Shown in pieces: positions 29,326 to 32,000 of a stretch of DNA of 32,000 nucleotides (position 1 is the first letter of the stretch; every line of letters begins with the position of its first letter). The DNA is from Candidatus Helarchaeota ASGARD archaeon Hel_GB_B. GTDB lineage: Archaea > Asgardarchaeota > Lokiarchaeia > Helarchaeales > HEL-GB-B. The stretch covers positions 8,789-40,788 of the forward strand of contig SUPR01000019.1 of NCBI GenBank assembly GCA_005191425.1, read 5' to 3'. The notes below the pieces were generated by a model. The model was not told the origin of the DNA and made no database searches. It saw only the letters and a list, made by a program, of their open reading frames with translations. The position numbers and the translations under genes are program-made.

Positions 29326-31122
29326 ATGACAAATAAAAATATCGGGCTACTTATTCACGAGGTGGCTCTGAAACATCCAAAACAAAAAGCTATCATTCAA
29401 GGCGATAGAGTCTTTACTTATAAACAAATTGACGAAAGAATTAATGCACTTGCTAATTCATTAAAAAGTCTTGGTTGTGAAAAAGGAGATCATGTTGCAG
29501 TTCTTCTGTATAATTGTCCAGAATATTATGAAATCTATAATGCATGCTATAGAATTGGTGCAGCTGTTGTAGGAATTAATTATCGTTATAAACCACCCGA
29601 AATTCTATTTATAATTAAAGACGCCAAGCCTAAGGTTTTTATTTACGCCAAGGAATTCATTAATTCAATTAAAGAAATAAGAAAAGAATTTGAATCAGTT
29701 AACCATGAATTAATTATAGGCCATGATATTCCAAGTAATTTTTTAAATTACGAAAATGAAATTTTAAAACATATGTATGATCCATTTTTAGTAGTTGATT
29801 TAACTGAAGATGACAAAGCATTTTTAATTTATACTGGAGGAACTACAGGTCGTCCTAAAGGAGCTGTTTGGACTCATAAGGCAGTAAACACATTAATAGG
29901 ACAAGGTGGCATGATGCAATGGGTAATACCGATGTTCAGACGAATAAAAGAAATGCCTAAAAAGATGAGCAATAAATGTCTTCAAATGTTGCCATTCCCT
30001 TATAATTTAGGACGCTTTCCTATTTTATCCTTAATTCAAACCAAAAAACTTGTTAAAAAAGTTAATGATGAACTGCAAAAGTCTGCTGAAAATAATTATC
30101 CTAAAGGTAGTCTGGGTGATAAAGCAATAGTAAAGAATACTATGCTCTGGTACCCGCCTGCATTTCATATTTATGGCTGGTTGGCCCATTTACCATTATT
30201 TTCTGGCTCAACTTTAGTTTTATCAGAAAGTAAAAGTTATAATCCTAAAGAAATACTCCAACTTATTGTTAAACACAAGGTACGGTTTATGACCACTATT
30301 GGTGATAAAACCGCCCGCGCATTAATCAATACCCCAGAAATTGATGAATACAAAAATAAAGTCAATAATATCTTGATCGGTATTGTTTCTGGGGCTGCAA
30401 TATTTTCTGCACAGACAAAAAGAATGCTCTGGGAAATTTTCCCTGATATCGGTTTTCTTGATACAATTGCAGCAACCGAAAGTCTTCAATTAGTCCCAAA
30501 AGTATATATCCCAGGGGATAAAGTCTCCTCAAATGAGTTTGACAGATTACCTCCAGATAGATTCCGTATTGTAAAGGATAACGGTGAAGATGCTAAACCA
30601 GGAGAAATAGGTGAAGGATATTTCAAAAGTGGCCCAACAATGAAAGAATATTATGGCGCAAAAGAAAAAACAATATCAACAATAACTGAAGATGGGTGGA
30701 TAAAAAGTGGAGATCTTTATAAATTGCTTGAAGATGGAAAGACTGTAAGGTTGTTAGGCAGAATAAAGGAAACTATTAATACTGGTGGCGAAAAAATACA
30801 CCCTCCTGAAGTCGAAAATGTATTAAATCAACACCCAAAAGTCTTTATGTCTGTAGTCATCGGCGTCCCAGATCCAGAATGGGGTCAGAGTGCACTTGGA
30901 CTGGTCCAATTAAAAGGGAAATATAAAGATGAAATTAAAGACGAAAAAGCAGCTGAAAAATTAAAACAAGAACTTATTGATTTTGTAAAAGACCGGTTAG
31001 CAAGATATAAAGCACCTAAATATATTGAATTTGTCGATGAATTCCCAATCAGCCCGGCTGGTAAAACTCAAAGAGGCAAAATTAGGTCACAATGGAAAAA
31101 TTATATCACGGATGAGGAATAA
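29326..31122 (+). CDS. Acyl-CoA synthetase (AMP-forming), FadD19-like
   Basis: LIYTGGTTGRPKG, IVSGAAIFSAQTKRMLWEIFPDIGFLDTIAATE, SGDL, LLGRIKETINTGGEKIHPPEVE, GKTQR. Confidence 0.9.
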   Translation: MTNKNIGLLIHEVALKHPKQKAIIQGDRVFTYKQIDERINALANSLKSLGCEKGDHVAVLLYNCPEYYEIYNACYRIGAAVVGINYRYKPPEILFIIKDAKPKVFIYAKEFINSIKEIRKEFESVNHELIIGHDIPSNFLNYENEILKHMYDPFLVVDLTEDDKAFLIYTGGTTGRPKGAVWTHKAVNTLIGQGGMMQWVIPMFRRIKEMPKKMSNKCLQMLPFPYNLGRFPILSLIQTKKLVKKVNDELQKSAENNYPKGSLGDKAIVKNTMLWYPPAFHIYGWLAHLPLFSGSTLVLSESKSYNPKEILQLIVKHKVRFMTTIGDKTARALINTPEIDEYKNKVNNILIGIVSGAAIFSAQTKRMLWEIFPDIGFLDTIAATESLQLVPKVYIPGDKVSSNEFDRLPPDRFRIVKDNGEDAKPGEIGEGYFKSGPTMKEYYGAKEKTISTITEDGWIKSGDLYKLLEDGKTVRLLGRIKETINTGGEKIHPPEVENVLNQHPKVFMSVVIGVPDPEWGQSALGLVQLKGKYKDEIKDEKAAEKLKQELIDFVKDRLARYKAPKYIEFVDEFPISPAGKTQRGKIRSQWKNYITDEE

Positions 31123-31201
31123 CTACTTTTAATTAATTTTGATTAATTAACAACACACAAAATTTTTTTAATTTATTATATATTTATCAAGGGGTTTTAA
31201 T

Positions 31202-31795
31202 TTGGACAATTTTAAGGAGTATATTGCTTATTTAAAAGAAGATTTTAATCTTGAAATTGATAACCCAAATTTGCAGGACTTAAATAAAAAAATAATAGCT
31301 AGTATCAATAAAAATGATAAAAAAGAAATTGCTAAAACCTTGTTTGAATGGGTCAGAGATAATATACAATATAAAATAATTGAAATTGTTGGCGCACTAG
31401 GGACTTATAACCGTGGCTCTGGTGCTTGTGTAGATAAAAGCTCTTTATTGATCTCATTACTTCGAATAAATAACATTCCTGCTCGATACATTTTATTGAG
31501 AGCTTTTTTTACTAACACTATCCCAATTAAACAAAAATATGTAGACCATTGCGCTGTAGAAGCTTTTATTAAAAATAAATGGGCTATTTTAGACCCTACT
31601 TTTGACCCTCGATTTGATAATATTTTTTCTAAATCCGAATTTGGTGCACCTAATTGGTGGGATATAAAAAAGTCTAAAATATTCGAATATAAATCTAATT
31701 TCTCAAGCATAGAAACTCGACTCATCTCAAAATCATATCAAATTATTAATGAATGGAAAATATTCATAGATAATGTCATTAAAAACAAAAACTAA
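31202..31795 (+). CDS. Transglutaminase-like superfamily protein
   Basis: LFEWVRDNIQY, GACVDKSSLLISLLRINNIPARY (catalytic Cys), HCAVEAF (His), WAILDPT (Asp). Confidence 0.85.
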   Translation: MDNFKEYIAYLKEDFNLEIDNPNLQDLNKKIIASINKNDKKEIAKTLFEWVRDNIQYKIIEIVGALGTYNRGSGACVDKSSLLISLLRINNIPARYILLRAFFTNTIPIKQKYVDHCAVEAFIKNKWAILDPTFDPRFDNIFSKSEFGAPNWWDIKKSKIFEYKSNFSSIETRLISKSYQIINEWKIFIDNVIKNKN

Positions 31796-31859
31796 GGACA
31801 TAATTGCCTTTATTTCAACATTCTTTTTAATTCCATTAAATCGGTAATTGGACTTTTAC

Positions 31860-32000
31860 CATATCCATCCGAGAAAGCCACTTCCTTTAGGGAGTGGATG
31901 AATCGGATAAGAATTGTTATTAAGATTAAGAATATTAAAAGGATATTAAAAACTAGAGGTTTAAAAGGTTTAAAACTATAAATATATAGTGAAAGTAACG
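31860..32000 (+). mobile_element. Probable left end of an IS200/IS605-family (IS608-like) element, continuing beyond the window
   Basis: TTAC (31856-31859), then CATATCCATCCGAG, AAAG (31874-31877), and the hairpin CCACTTCC-TTTA-GGGAGTGG (31878-31897) inside an outer ATCCGA/TCGGAT inverted repeat. Confidence 0.6.

Noticed and set aside
28684-31725. Minus-strand ORFs 28684..28893 and 31405..31725
   Set aside because: Antisense shadows of the Zn-ribbon and transglutaminase-like genes.
31861-31998. Open minus-strand frame through the hairpin (LLSLYIYSFKPF...IHSLKEVAFSDG) as a membrane protein
   Set aside because: Low-complexity translation of AT-rich putative IS-end DNA. It cannot be excluded without the next window.
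1-32000. CRISPR arrays, tRNA, rRNA, selenocysteine (TGA) read-through
   Set aside because: No regularly spaced repeats, cloverleafs or GC-rich structural RNA were seen. The TGA stops examined fall at plausible gene ends or stop/start overlaps.

Overview
Very AT-rich (judged by eye, GC not computed), gene-dense archaeal window, most likely from an Asgard archaeon (Lokiarchaeia/Helarchaeales-like). This assignment is inferred from the archaeal-type TyrRS, GGAGG/GGTG ribosome-binding sites, a longin-like gene coupled to an Arf-like GTPase, and two acyl-CoA synthetases. The left third is on the minus strand: partial FadD, TyrRS, a methyltransferase, an Fe-S protein gene broken by one in-frame TAG, a UroD/MtaA-family protein, and a ChlH/CobN plus ChlI/D class I chelatase operon. 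The middle is a plus-strand block: GH3, glycyl radical enzyme with no activase in the window, SWIM protein, membrane-anchored YvoF-like acyltransferase, second GH3, methyltransferase. The right part holds a GNAT, a YkgJ/ABC-2 exporter operon, a longin plus HhH-Arf-coiled-coil-Zn-ribbon GTPase pair, an unannotated 41-aa Trp/Pro-tailed peptide gene, PAP2, a Zn-ribbon protein, a FadD19-like synthetase, a transglutaminase-like protein, and what looks like an IS608-type (IS200/IS605) left end at the window edge. The best candidates for an undescribed system are the twin-GH3/GRE/acyltransferase block (possible lipid or N-acyl-amide chemistry) and the longin/HhH-Arf GTPase/small-peptide locus. No rRNA, tRNA or CRISPR array was seen. 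All family assignments come from motif recognition by eye and from memory; no database search was run.
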